Both the position numbers and the translations under genes were made by a program. DNA of 64,000 bases from Octopus sinensis (Eukaryota). The DNA is taken from NCBI RefSeq assembly GCF_006345805.1, contig NC_042998.1, positions 9,796,001 through 9,860,000 of the forward strand, given 5' to 3'. This document shows positions 49,264 to 63,542 of the stretch, piece by piece; position 1 is the stretch's first letter, and every line of letters starts with the position of its first letter. The notes beneath the pieces were generated by a model. That model searched no databases. It was given only the letters and a program-made list of their open reading frames with translations, and was not told where the DNA came from.

Positions 49264-49739
49264 TATCATTCGTATTGTTGTTGCTGTTGTTGTTGTTACT
49301 GCTGTTGTTGTTGTTACTGTTGTTGTTGTTCTCGTTTTCCATACCGAAAGTTTTGACGTTGCTTAGAGACGAAACATTATTCGCCTCGGTGACGTCATTA
49401 AATTTAGGCCATTCGATATCTTTGTTCTCATTTTTTACGAGGAACGAGTCCCTGTGTCGAACATTATGATGGCTTCTTTGTCAGCTATTTTTAAATGATT
49501 AAAGAAAATTGTAAAATATTTGCTTTTGCCGTAAGTAGTTAGAATTCAAAAATTATTGGTGCGTATCCCCAGCAAAACAGGGGTTGTTTCTACATAAAAC
49601 TACTATCTGCACACTGCACACAATTCCAGAATTGCAATGGTAACAATAAAAATGAACAAGGACCTTAGAAGGCCGAAAAGATTATAAACATTTTTTCAAC
49701 TTACGGAGCTCCAAATTTCCGTGACTTTACAGTATGGCG

Positions 49740-49741
49740 GC

Positions 49742-49814
<73 letters not shown>

Positions 49815-49878
49815 GTGATGGTGATGGTGGTGGTCGTGGTGGTGGTGGTGATGGTGATGGTGATGATGATGGTGATGG

Positions 49879-49924
<46 letters not shown>

Positions 49925-49925
49925 A
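49740..49925. repeat. (AAT)n(GAT)n(GGT)n mosaic microsatellite
   Basis: Seen directly. Confidence 0.92.
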
Positions 49926-49926
49926 A

Positions 49927-50505
49927 ATGCCCTGATGCAGTACCAGGCATTGGCTTTCATAGCTTCTAATTTAACTGATTGGAAGTGTTATCATGTACAT
50001 TGTTTTGTCTTGGTATAAAAGATGGGCTACAGCAAATATTCAGCTCAATGCCACAGATTTGCCTGTCAGTTGTTTGACATTAACAAGTTGAGCATGTCCC
50101 TTAGTGGCTGACGATATGTGCATCTTTGATCACAAGCAGAAGTAGTTGGGGAGCACCCTAGCCATGTGTTGAGAGGAATTCTCTGGGGTTTGGATAATTC
50201 ACCTTTGGAAACATGGATGCTTCGTTCAACATCCTTAAACAATCCTTATTCAGGAACCTTTTGAGCGGGATGGGCTACTCAACCTGAAGAAAATTCTAAC
50301 TGGGCTCCATCTGCAAGGTTATGCGCTGTTTATCTTGATGTGAGATCACCATGTCGCGCACATATGGTTGTGATGCATGGGCCTGGTGTATCCTTATCAG
50401 ACGGGTAGTCATGATGGGCATATTGGGCTTTGTATATTTTACCCCAGTGTCACTTTGGTGGCATGCACTACTCTCTCAATCAATAATGATAATGATAATA
50501 ATAAT
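49927..50505 (+). mobile_element. Family D repeat, second copy
   Basis: Collinear with 38328-38895. Confidence 0.75.
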
Positions 50506-50524
50506 CCTTTCTTCTATAAACACA

Positions 50525-50637
50525 AGACCTGAAATTTGTTGGAGAGGGGACTAGTCGATCACATCGACCCCAGTACTTGACTGATACTTAATTTATCGAC
50601 TCCGAAAGGATGAAAGACAAAGTCGACCTCAGCGGAA
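50525..50637 (-). mobile_element. SINE family C partial
   Basis: gtcgatcacatcgaccccagtac..gaaaggatgaaagacaaagtcgacctc. Confidence 0.75.
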
Positions 50638-50669
50638 CGATGACGACGACGACGACGATAATAATGATG

Positions 50670-50745
<76 letters not shown>

Positions 50746-50876
50746 TATTATTATAATAATAATACAGTCGAGCATCAGTGATTCTTCAATGAAAGGAAAT
50801 GGGAGTTCTCCCACGCTTTTGTTCTAGGAACAAACAGTTTGGATCCTGTATGACTAATTCTGAAAGAAAGAAAGAA

Positions 50877-50912
<36 letters not shown>

Positions 50913-51276
50913 AAGGGAAGAAGGAAGACATAGGGAAAGACTGATGTAGGGCCATATAGTACAAATAAGCGCATAGTGAATGGGAATCTTCGAGTCTAAT
51001 TATTCTTGTTCGTTAACTCCATTCTGCAGACCTATATAGTATTGCAGAAATTAAATGTGTACTTAGAAGCAACCCTTAAGTTTAACACCTCAGATATGCT
51101 GCACTTGAGTCTAATCAGGAAATGTATCAACCCTAACAATAGTTGATTAGTCTTTTGACTGTAGTGAAGCAGCCCAGCAGGGTATTTCTATTTCAATTCT
51201 CAGTTTGAGCATGTTATTTTCAAATAAGTCACTAATGCCTTTAAAACTATTTTAATCACATACAAGAAGATATGGC

Positions 51277-51701
51277 GGATCTTTTCGGTTTGAACGGCAG
51301 TTTTTAACATAATTTCTAGGTAAATAAAAAATTTTAAACTTCGTATACTGGTAGAATGTGTTTATAAAACATCTTTTTCTCTTGGCTTTATTGAGAAAAT
51401 TCTATAGTTTGTAAGATATTTGTTGTGTTTTTTTTCTTCAATTTCTGCAATTTCAACCAATCACTGACGTCTAGTGAGGTAAAAAACATTCTGTGCCGTA
51501 TGAATATGTCCCTCGTTTAAGAAACAGATTGGGTTTATTTACATTTGTGAAGAAAAAAAGATACCCTTCCCCCCACCCCTAACCCTAACCCTCACCCTAA
51601 AACAGATTGAAATGCAATAGATCGATACTAGGGTCATAATTATGGGTGACAATTTCATATGACACCGCTAGAAAAAACTGCCGTTCAAACCGAAAAGATC
51701 C
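51277..51701. mobile_element. Second Merlin-like MITE, opposite orientation
   Basis: Same TIRs; internal cctaaccctaaccctcaccctaa; flanks gatatggc / tctatgac match only 5/8. Confidence 0.82.
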
Positions 51702-52504
51702 TCTATGACTAGTTCCCAATGATATGTTAATCCTTCCCAGAATGTGCACAGCAATACTAAAGTATTGTCTGTAAAATCATAATTTTTGTGAAAACTGTCC
51801 GTCTGGAACAAGACACGCGGTTTGGTACACAACTTTGTAATGGACCGTGCGAAGGAGAGGTGACGAGAATGGCACCTTTAGTACATCGCACGGTCGATAC
51901 AATAAATACGAAAAGTATGAATGAGTACAAGTGCCAGAATAAAAGAGAGACACAACCGGGTAGAATGTTCAAGAGAAGATTTTATTTATATGTTAACATG
52001 TGTGTGTATGCGTCATATCTACATAATAATAGACAGGCCGTCATGTATACAAAGTGTATGTGTGTGCATTAAATACAGAGTATTGAAAGAGTCTATAATA
52101 GGACGCTAGAAGAATGTTCAAACACAAGGGGGATAAATACCAGTTCGTAGTCAAGGTACACGATAGTTGAAGTGCTGTAACAAGAAGTTGTGACTACAAT
52201 GCAGACCCAGTTGAGGCACGTGGAAGTGGTGGCTACAATGCTGTTGGTTACTTGTTACAGGAGTTCTCGCAGGTGGTGTTGTTGTTAGCCATGGTGAAGT
52301 AATTCTCTAACAGTGTTGAGATAGAACCTGTGTGAGGGTTGCTGGTTGCTGTGTAGGTAGAGAGATGGTGTTGACGACGTTAAGATGAAGGCGACGAAGA
52401 AGGAGATTGCTGTATGCTGTTGGTCGAGTGTTGATGCGCCTCCATGTGGATGTTGTTGTGTTGTCACTGGAACTGGCTGTGTGATACGTAAAACACATTC
52501 GGTA

Positions 52505-52629
52505 AACCCTGTAAAGTGGTTGGCATTAGGAGAAACCAAGCCCAAATAGATGAATGGAGCCTAGTGCAGCTCCCCAGTTCCAGTCAAACCGTCTAACCTA
52601 GGACAGCATGGAAAACGGACGTTAAATGC

Positions 52630-52670
<41 letters not shown>

Positions 52671-52680
52671 ATGATGATAA
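52505..52680 (+). mobile_element. RTE 3' tail fragment
   Basis: gtggttggcattagga..ccgtctaacc..gcatggaaaacggacgttaaatg. Confidence 0.7.
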
Positions 52681-52702
52681 GTGTGTGTGTGTGTGTGTGT
52701 GT

Positions 52703-52742
<40 letters not shown>

Positions 52743-53649
52743 CGTGTGTGTGCGTGCTTACCATATGTTATGGATCAAAGGCTTAAATTCTAAGAAGGAA
52801 AAATTAAAGGGTTGAAATAGGCAAGGAATCCAATCCCTGCAGCGCTCAACCCACATTCAAATTAACGAGCAAACTCGTGTCATATCTCAGACTAAGTCTG
52901 GCGCTATTTGTCTTTGCCAGACCACCAGCCGTTGTGTCCAGCAGCTGGGCGATGATGAGTCTACGTCATAAATAACACTCTCAAAGTCATAAGTAGGTCA
53001 GTATTGCAGGTTAAAGACATTTTGCTTATCTCTGGGTTAAAAATTATTCATTTCTGGAATTCAGAATATGCTATAACGTTAGTAAAAGTTTATGAATTTC
53101 CTACCATATTTTTTAAACAAATAATTAATAGGTGCCTAAGAATACTTTAACTCTCCAAATGTTTCAAGTTTAGAATCTTGTTATTGGAGACAGAAAGACG
53201 CATATTGCACACGCGGAACATTAGGTTATGAACGTTCTTCGTGCAGTCACTAAAACGCATGATATCTATAATTTGCAGATGGTTCTAGTTTCAGATGTAT
53301 AATATGAAGGGCCTCCCGGTTTGAACCAAAGAAATTATGGTAAGTATATATCTAATACATATCTTTAAGAGTTTTTTTGCATGCGTGTCTTGTCTGATTG
53401 TCCTCCCATTCTTTCATTTTTATGTAACAATCGTTTGTTCCTCTGTCGTTACCTCCTTCAGATCTATGTTTTACTTCTCCTACTCCTCATTCTCTTTCTT
53501 TTATTATATGCTCCCTCTTCCCTCCCCCTCTCTCTCAATATGTTTCTCTTTTTTTTATTTTCCCCTTTTACGTTCTCTTATTCCTTCGTTTTCGTTAGTG
53601 ACTGCTACTTGTTACGAACGCTCTCTGTTTATCTGTGTCTGTCCATGTC

Positions 53650-53684
<35 letters not shown>

Positions 53685-54229
53685 ATCTCTCTCTCTTCCT
53701 GTCTCTCTTTCTCTCTAACACTCCCTCTTTCTCTCTTCCTCTCCTCTCAACTCTCACAGCTCCTCATATTTGCCAGCGTCTAAAGCACAAGAAACATGAG
53801 CTGTAGACAAGAAGGTAAAAAAGTGGATTGAGTAAAATCAATAAAAAAAAAGAGAGAAGGAAAGTAGAAAACTGCATTCTTTTAGCTGGACTATATTTAT
53901 TTCTCACAATTCCCCCCACCCTCGTCCTTTTCTCTCTCGACTTTACTTTCACAATTTCTTCTCACTTCATAAAAATTGTCTGTGTCTTCAGAGGTCTGAC
54001 ATAAAAAGTTATTTTAAAAATATGTCACAAAAAGACGTTATCTCCATTATCTGCATTCTGTCACTCAAATCCTTTCCGTCTTACATTTTTTGAAACCACA
54101 TTTCACGACTTCTCTTTAGCCTTATAGCCACAGATCAGCACCAATCAATGGCAATTTCATTCTACAAAGTCAATGGTTCATGTAGCTTCTTGCTTGTTCT
54201 TTTATGATAAATCTTCTTTCATTCCAGGT

Positions 54230-54461
54230 ATAACAGGTACGGACACTTGTATACAATTACTTCTTTAATAATTTGCTTCTATGAAATATTACCACAGGAA
54301 AGGTTTGCCTCACCTACATCTTCTACAACTAAATACAATACGGGTATGCTCTTAGGGCAGCAGAAACAAATGAACAGCATCAACAAAGACTTTAAGCCAA
54401 CGCTGTCAGGAAGGCAGCTCTCAGAAAACTTCGAGCCAATCGTCCAAGTGAAACTCGCCTT
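54230..54461 (+). pseudogene. Helitron Rep N-terminal relic, left of the Gypsy insertion
   Basis: Continues across the GCCTT TSD into 58984 (..RANRPSETRL|KRNAIRQA). Confidence 0.45.
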
Positions 54462-57400
54462 TGTTGTTGTTATATATATATAATGTATTGAGTATTAAAG
54501 GAAGTAGTGAGTACTTAGTATGAAAGATTAAGAAAATGAGAGAGACTGAAACAACGTGTTAACGATACAAGATACTTTATTCGACTGCCGTTGTTGTACA
54601 AGTTAATTGTTTTGGCGGGAACAAAGTGAAAGTCCTTTTATCAAGGGAGACAATGGGCGACGTTGATTGTTCATGTTTGTTGTGATGATTATATAACATC
54701 TTCTTTTTTTTTTTTTTTAATTTTTTTTTTATATCATCTGTATCTACAGGGAATAATTATTCGTCGTCCACTTTTTGTGGTTTTATTTTGTAGTGTTGAA
54801 TTCTGTAGTTGTGCTGTTTTTGTTTTTTCATGCGTGTTTGTTGACTTTGGAAATATATTTTCATAATCTAATTCTTCTGTTATGCGAACGTGTTCGTTTG
54901 TTTTAAGAATATGTTGTCTATTTCGTTTGACTGTATTCCTTCCTCTGTTATTACTAAGTATGAACGAGGTTGCTCTAGTTTTTTAATTATTTTGCCCCTT
55001 CTAAACCAATTGTTGTTAAACTTAATTCTAACCGTGTCGTGTGGTTTTAACTCTGGGAGTTCTGTTGTAATGTTTGATTTCTTCTTTTCGTGAGGCCTGA
55101 TACCAATTTTGTCGTGTAGTATGTTTGGGAGATTTGTTCGCAATGTTCTATTCATTATTTGATTTGCAGGGGATGGTGCACCATTTTGTAATTTAGTCGT
55201 GCGTAATGCTAAGAGCGCTAACTGAGGTTCTTCGTCACTTTTGAATGCCTTTTTTAGCGTCTTTTTTATTGTCTGTATATTTCTCTCAACCATGCCATTC
55301 GCTTGATGATAATGCGGGCTTGTCTTCGTGTGATGAAAATGCCAATTTTTTGCAATTTTTTGAATTCAGCCGAATTGAATTCTGGACCGTTGTCACTTAC
55401 AACTGTTTGCGGAATTCCGATTTAGCAAAAGTTTCTTTTAATTTTTTGATTACGGTTTTTGACTGGCAATCATTTATTTCGTGTAGATCAAAAAATCTTG
55501 TTGTATAGTCAATAATTGTGACATACGAATTTCCAGACAGGTGAAATACGTCTGTACCCACTTTGGTCCATGGTGTAGTAGGTATTTTTCATGATTTATT
55601 AGTGGTTCGGCTGCTTGTTGATTTTTGTAGTCAATGCAGTATGAGCATGTGTTAATCATGTCTTTGATTTGAGCGTTAATGCCGGGCCAGTATATACATT
55701 CCTTCGCTCTCTCTATGCATTTTTCGATACCCATGTGTCCGGTATGTATTTCCTGTAGAGCTTCTCTACGTAATGACTTAGGTACAATTATTCTTGAACC
55801 TTTTAGAACGAGACCATTGACGATTGATATTTCATCACGAACGGATACGAATGGTTTGATGTTTATTGGTATTTTGTCTTTTGGGGGCCATTCTGTTCTT
55901 GTATATGTGACGAGTGTCTGTAGAGACGGGTCGTCTGCAGTGGCTTCTTTATACTCTTTTAATTTAGTGTCGGTTATGGGGTAATTTTTTATTACTGCAT
56001 GAATGTGCGATTTCATATCTTCGTCTGATACTTCTGGAGTATTTTGCTCAAGGTATGCACGTGATAGGGTATCTGCAACAATTGATTCTTTACCAGGTAT
56101 GTGGTTTAGGTCAAAATCATATCTTTGTAATGTTAGTAGAAATCTTTGGATTCTGGGGGGGCATTTAGTGATCGATTTTTGAATATTTGCTTCAACGGTT
56201 TATGGTCATTTTCGATTCTGAAATGAGTTCCGTATATAAACTGATGAAATTTCTTGCATGCGAAAACTATACTGAGAGCTTCGCTCTCTATCGGACAGTA
56301 GTTTTGTTCCGCTTGAGTTGTTGCACGAGATGCAAACGAAACAGGTAGCCATCTTTCGTTGTGTTTCTGCTCAAGTATCGCTCCGAGCCCATGCTTACTA
56401 GCATCTGTAGTTATTTTTATTGGTAGATCTGGATCATAAAATTGTAGCACTGGTTTTCTGGTAATCATTTCTTTTAGCTTTTTTATTGCTTCGATTTGTG
56501 GTTTGTCGAATGACCATAACGTGTCACTCTGTAGAAGCTGGCGCAATGGTGCTGTGACTTCGGAGTAATTAGATAAAAATTACATAGGTAATTTGTCATA
56601 CCTAGGAATCTTTGTAATTCTTTTTTACTTGTTGGCAGTGGCATGTGAATGATTGCTTGTACCTTGGTTGGATCTTGTTTTATCCCTTCGCTGGTTAATA
56701 TATGCCCAAGGTACTTGATTTGTGATTCATAGAAGATACACTTTGATTTATTTAACTTTAATCCGTGCTTTCGGATTCGATCGAAAACTTGTTGTAGTCT
56801 ATTTTGTGTTTCTTCTAAAGTGTTGGACCAGATTATGATGTCATCCTGTGAATTTCTTGCTCCTTCTATGCCCTCTATTATTTTTGAAATTTCTTTTTGG
56901 AAAACTTCACTGGCGCTGTGAATTCCAAAGGGTAGTCGTGTGAAGCGATACCTTCCAAAAGGTGTGTTGAACGTTAAAAGATGGGAGCTTTCTTCGTCAA
57001 CTGGAATTTGCCAGTATCCATTAGATGCATCGAGTTTTGAAATATTTAGGGTTATGCATTTGTGCAAAAATGTCCTCCGCTGTAGGGAGTTTGAAATGTT
57101 GCCTTTTTATGGCTTTGTTTAGATTCTTGGGGTCTAAACAGAGTCGGAGTTTTCCGTTGGCTTTTTCAACGATGACTAGGGAATTTACCCAGTCTGTAGG
57201 TTCACTAACAGGTTTTATGATATCTAATTCTGTCATTCTTTTTAATTCTTTGTGAGTTTTTCTTTTATAGAAAAAGGAACCGATCTTGGTGGATGAATTA
57301 CAGGAGTTATTTGTGGATCCACTGTGATATGATGTGTTATTGACAAAGTGCCGATTTCTCCGAAACAGTCTTCATATTTTTCTAATATGTCGTTTGTGTT

Positions 57401-58983
57401 CGACGAATTTATTTTTGAAATTCTCTGAATCAGGTTCAGATCTTTAGCTGTCTTTGCATCTATAACTGCGTGCGAGTTTGTTTTTGCAACAATGAATTTT
57501 ATTTGCTTTGATAATTCTTTGTATTTAATGACTGCTGTGCATTTTCCTAACTTTTTATAGCTGTGTTATATAAAGCTGATAATCGAGTTGAAGTTTTTTG
57601 CAGTTGTGGTTTTGGAATTATATTTCTATATTCTCTGAATGGCAGTACGGTTACGTCTGCTCCTGTATCTATTTTGAATGTTACATTCGAGTTGTTCACT
57701 TTTAGTTCGACCGTCCAAATGTCTTTTGGAGTCTTGAACTTTTCGATTTTGTGCACGCGGGAATTATTTGCAGTGATCATTTCGAGTGCATGTGTATCGT
57801 CATCTGATTCATCGTCGGTATGTATCTCTACTTTATGTACAATTTTCTTGATTTGCACATTTTTGCATAGTGTCCTTGTTTCTTGCATTTTTCACATGTC
57901 TTGTGAAATGCTGGGCATTTATTTCTTTTGTGATTATAACCACAATAGTGACAGTTAGTGACGTAGTGTTGAATTGGCGCTTGAAACTTCGCGGGCTTTC
58001 TGTCACTTCCGCCTTGTTCGTTTTGATGTCTGGATTGCATATGGCGGGTTATTTGAGTTTTGGCGCCTTTCTGTCGTGTTGACTATATACCCTCGAGATT
58101 TCGTTATCTCTTGTTTCGGATGTGGCATTTAGCATCCTTGATTGGAGTCGTGTTTGCTCTGCACTCTGACCTGCTTGAATTGTTTTTTGTAGGTCTAAAT
58201 TTGGTTCTCTCAATAATCTTTCTCTTAATCTCATGTCTCTGATTCCACATATCAGAATATCTTTGGTGAGACTGTCTGTGAGGTTGCCGAATTCGCACTG
58301 TTGTGCCTTTGGCGCAACTCTACTACGTACTCATCGAATTTTTGATGTTCCGCTTGTCCACATGTGAAGAATTTGTGTCTTAGGAAAGTTATGTTTTTCC
58401 TGGGTTCACAATATGCATCGAATTTTTCGATTACTGTCTGAAGGTTCATTTCTTCGTCGGGTGAATCGAAATCCAGTGTGGAATGGATATCTCGGCCTTT
58501 AGAACCGATGCAAGTTAAAAACATTGAAGTTTTTACTTTGTCTGACTTCATGTCACTTTCTGTTGCTATCAAAAAGAGATTGAATTCTTTTTTCCACTTT
58601 TTCCATGCTGCGGCTAGATTTTCCTGATTAAAGTCTAGGTCTTTTGGATGCGGTAAATTTTCCATTTTGTCTTTGAAGTATGATTTCAACTTCTTTTTTC
58701 CTTTGGTTTCTGTATTTTTTGGGTTCTTTTAGTATTCTGACACCATGTTGTTGTTATATATATATAATGTATTGAGTATTAAAGGAAGTAGTGAGTACTT
58801 AGTATGAAAGATTAAGAAAATGAGAGAGACTGAAACAACGTGTTAACGATACAAGATACTTTATTCGACTGCCGTTGTTGTACAAGTTAATTGTTTTGGC
58901 GGGAAACAAAGTGAAAGTCCTTTTATCAAGGGAGACAATGGGCGACGTTGATTGTTCATGTTTGTTGTGATGATTATATAACA
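54462..58983 (-). mobile_element. Gypsy/Ty3 (Mag-like) LTR retrotransposon, copy 2, complete domain set
   Basis: LTRs 58746-58983 and 54462-54698 (one 1-bp indel); TSD GCCTT; PBS and PPT; gag, PR, RT, RNase H (TTDASKHGLGA..ENDHKPL) and IN, broken by 1-bp indels. Confidence 0.96.
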
Positions 58984-59600
58984 GCCTTAAGCGGAATGCT
59001 ATCAGACAAGCTAAAATCTTTATTATGATCACTACGGATTATGCTATCAGACAAGCTATTCATAGACAACTAGAGATGCCTAACGAACGATAGGTTTGCC
59101 TTCAACAGTATGCTGCTACATAGGTTGCGCATAGACACTATGAAACACCCACAACAGCACCAGTGCAGGTAAGAAACTCAAAAAGCAAAAGAAGCAGAAA
59201 ATAAATCTCACTCATACTTACAGAAGCTCTAGAAAAGATATCCCTTCAACTATGGACCTCGGCATGATTATGCTTCTGAAAAATAGTTTCATTTGATACT
59301 GTATCCAAAATTTGTACAAAGTTCTTTGTCAATAAATGGGATCAAGGGACACATGCAATGTCCTTGCTGATTTCTAATCTTCCGGAGCCCCTAAAAGAGC
59401 TTCTTACTGCTGCTACCGAGAAATCCATGTACTTTTTGAGGAGCATAAGAAAATATAATTCTGCTTTTCAAATGTCTTCGTTTGAAGCCAACATGATCTG
59501 AGAAGGGATATTCATGCCAACATTTTAAGTACAGGGACAACATAAATGCATGCTAGCATTTTAAAACAAGTGGCCCATCTCCAAAGAAAATCCCCGACAC
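58984..59600 (+). pseudogene. Decayed Helitron Rep coding relic
   Basis: LPEPLKELL..FLRSIRKYNSAFQMSSFEA..FMPTF*VQGQ matches the Helitron YNSAFQMTSFGA..PTFKVQGQ block. Confidence 0.78.
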
Positions 59601-60231
59601 CTGCAACTGTACGTTTGTTAATGACTTAAAGAAACAGGTTCAAAATTTAAAACACCATCACCCCAGGTACAAAGTTTGACTTAATTCTTAAACTTCAAGA
59701 TTTGGTCTATGCAAAGCACAGCAGTTTCAGAAGTTTCATGCATGCCTTGGCGTCTGCTTCCATTTTGGAGTTTCAAATTGTCATTAACAGGAGACAGGAG
59801 ACATTCTGGAGAATATGCATGCCATTTAATGCACCTGAATACAAAACGAATGGAGAACCATATTACAAAAAAGACATCATTCTGAAGTACAAAGAGAGCA
59901 GTTTCAAAACTATAAATGAGACATCGATCCTAAGACGCATTACACTGTGATAATTTCAAATGAAACAAAACTGTTTTTACTTTCTTTTTAACCTTGTATT
60001 TGTATTTCATACGTTCAAATTTGACATATGTAATTGAATTATGAAATATACTGTTTATATTAAGCATGTATAGATAAGACAGCTCTTATTACAAACTGTA
60101 CTGCTTTAAACTATCCAATTTCTTTACATGAAAATTAACTGAACAAGTAAAATCAAATAATGCTTTATTAAACCAGATTTACCTTCATTAAGAACAACTT
60201 GGGGAATGCCTGGTGTTCTACTTGCTCATAC

Positions 60232-60772
60232 ATACATACATACACACACACATACATACACACATACATACATACATACATACATACATACAACATACAT
60301 ACATACATACATACATACATACATACATACATACATACATACATACATACATACATACTACATACATACATACATACATACATACATACATGCATACATA
60401 CATACATACATACATACATACATACATACATACATACATACATACATACATACATACATACATGCATACATACATACTACATACATACATACATACATAC
60501 ATACATACATACATACATACATACATACATACATACATACATACATAATACATACATACATACATACATACATGCATACATACATACATACATACATGCA
60601 TACATACATACATACATACATACATACATACATACATACATACATACATACATACATACATACATACATGCATACATACATACATACATACATACATACA
60701 TACATACATGCATACATACATACATACATACATACATACATACATACATACATACATACATACATACATACA

Positions 60773-60806
<34 letters not shown>

Positions 60807-60941
60807 CATACATACATACATACATTCATACATACATACATGCATACATACACACATACGTATTAACACAAAAACACACATACGTATTGAAAACATACGC
60901 TACACATACATACATGCATAAATACACATATATGCACACAT

Positions 60942-60975
<34 letters not shown>
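60232..60975. repeat. (ACAT)n tetranucleotide array grading into (CA)n
   Basis: Seen directly; overlapping ORFs are artefacts. Confidence 0.95.
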
Positions 60976-60981
<6 letters not shown>

Positions 60982-61448
60982 TGATACTGAGAAGTTCCCG
61001 GCTTTGGGTAACAGTTGGATTCGACCTCGCGTTTGGCCAAATAAAAATCACGAGTTGATAATATGCTGCTAACCCCATTTCATGCATTGATTTCCAATCA
61101 ATCCTTTTTGTTCACGTGATAGTCTGGTGACATGACTAGGACTTTCTGTGGACAGAGCCTACTAATACGCGAAAAGGGCAGAGTGATCTGCTTCTCGGTA
61201 GATGTCGCTCTCGCCGCATTGTCGTTTTTACAGCTACGTATTCAACCCGGCGCGAGAGATGAAAAAACATACTGCGGCAACAAGAATATACACTGATGTG
61301 TAAAATCAGTTTTAATGTGAATTTCGGAAGATCTCCTGCGCCTATAATATACATGGTTTCATATAGATTTCTTCTTCTTGTATTGCATGAATATCTTCTG
61401 TATTAATGTAGGAAGAAATTATATATATATACATACATAGATATTTAT

Positions 61449-61483
<35 letters not shown>

Positions 61484-61490
61484 AATATAA

Positions 61491-61529
<39 letters not shown>

Positions 61530-61539
61530 ACACACACAC

Positions 61540-61641
<102 letters not shown>

Positions 61642-61718
61642 AAATAAAACAAAAGACGAAGACAGGTGGTGTAGACAACAAACAGATGTATTAGTTTAAC
61701 GCTCGGGAAGTGAAAAAA

Positions 61719-61756
61719 TCTTTAACATTTCGAGCCTGCGCTCTTCCACAAGAAGG
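61719..61756 (-). ncRNA. Decayed pLTR hammerhead motif
   Basis: ccuuc UUGUGGA A GAGC gcag GCUC GAAAUGUU aaaga. Confidence 0.5.
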
Positions 61757-62317
61757 AACAAAGGAAGAAACAAGGAGATAAAATAAAGAATGTGTAGTGG
61801 CTAGCGTTAGCGGTTATAGTAACCGACTGAGGGATAAAATATCCGTATATACTATCAGTATCCGTTATCTGTAATAACCCCGGGTGATGGTGTGCAGGCA
61901 CACCATACACATAGAGAGCAGATAACAAAAGGATAAACAAGTGTTTATGAGGAACCATTGCAAATAATTAGAAAATGGAGAAAAATAAATAGAATAACCA
62001 ACACATCGATTGGACCGCATTTATAGCATATTTATTAATACAAAGCATGACATAAGAATGACACTTTGTATGTGTGGGTTAATCTACTTTTTTTTCCATT
62101 TTCTAATTATTTGCAATGGTTCCTCATAAACACTTGTTTATCCTTTTGTTATCTGCTCTCTATGTGTATGGTGTGCCTGCACACCATCACCCGGGGTTAT
62201 TACAGGTAACGGATACTGATAGTATATACGGATATTTTATCCCTCAGTCGGTTACTATAACCGCTAACGCTAGCCACTACACATTCTTTATTTTATCTCC
62301 TTCTTTCTTCCTTTGTT

Positions 62318-62355
62318 CCTTCTTGTGGAAGAGCGTAGGCTCGAAATGTTAAAGA
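62318..62355 (+). ncRNA. Decayed pLTR hammerhead motif
   Basis: ccuuc UUGUGGA A GAGC guag GCUC GAAAUGUU aaaga. Confidence 0.5.
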
Positions 62356-62437
62356 TTTTTTCACTTCCCGAGCGTTAAACTAATACATCTGTTTGTTGTC
62401 TACACCACCTGTCTTCGTCTTTTGTTTTTTTGTGAGT

Positions 62438-62544
<107 letters not shown>

Positions 62545-62761
62545 TTCACGTCATAAGCCTTCGAGAGAACATGGAGTAATTCTTCTCTGGAATAGCTCGA
62601 AGCGCGCTCATAAAGCTATAACCAATAGCGTGTAAATATTGGGTTCATGTCCCACGGACTGCATTCGACTTTTTTCTCTCCAAAAGAGGTTTTCAACCCA
62701 ATATTTACATGGTATCATTCGTAGCTTCATGTGTGTGCTTCGGGATATTCCACCAAAAGAA

Positions 62762-62893
62762 TACAAACATACATACATACATACATACATACATACATAC
62801 ATACATACATACATACATACATACATTCATACATACATGCATACATACATACATACATACATACACACATACTACATACATACATACATACAC
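62762..62893. repeat. (ACAT)n microsatellite
   Basis: Seen directly. Confidence 0.92.
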
Positions 62894-63542
62894 ATCTAAA
62901 TCCCAAATCCCCATTGTTGGTTTAATTTATCAAATTTTATCGTGAAATATTTCAGAGTACATAGTATATTTCTGGTTTTCTTTCATTTGTAAATTTTTAC
63001 TTGAAGGCTGCAAAGACCGGTTCAACATTATAATATCCTGAAATGCTCTAAACGTATACTTTACCTTTTATTTGATGGGAGGGCCCATTCAAATGCATTG
63101 GGTGCAGTCCGAGGCACCTGTTTTGTATTTCATTGTTTAGTTTCCAAAAAACTATTGTCTCTCCTATAGCTAGTTACATTGCAGGCAATTCATTTGCTTT
63201 CTGTTTGATTATATATCTAATCTAGCGAATGTAGTTTATATTCTCTTTGATTATAATCATCTTCATATTCCCCCCACCCCTACGCTTTTACATGTAATTA
63301 TTGTCACTGTTCTCTAATATATTTATCTCTATTTGCAGCGTCTCTATATAATTTTTATTATGCCCAACATCAGCGTTATTGGTAACTTTATCGATTGGAA
63401 CCAAAGCAAATTTTTGCTACAAAAGCTTTTAAGTACAAAATTCTTTTTGTTTTAAAACAGGATCCGCTTATTACAGGCTCCGAGTGTTCATTTTAGTTTA
63501 AACCTGATTCAATTCGTGGTTCACTCTCAGAGCCAGCAGTTT

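Noticed and set aside
53279-53345. Exon ending ATG|GTAAGT
   Set aside because: The donor is strong, but all frames from the nearby acceptors contain stops and there is no other support.
60168-61087. Long HTYI/MYVC ORFs, and similar ORFs at 37265-38043, 6256-6594 and 49696-50018
   Set aside because: Translations of microsatellites.
61722-62352. Duplicated 78-aa ORF MVPHKHLFILLLSALYVYG with a signal-peptide-like start
   Set aside because: It lies inside the pLTR palindrome arms, which explains the duplication; there is no independent coding evidence.
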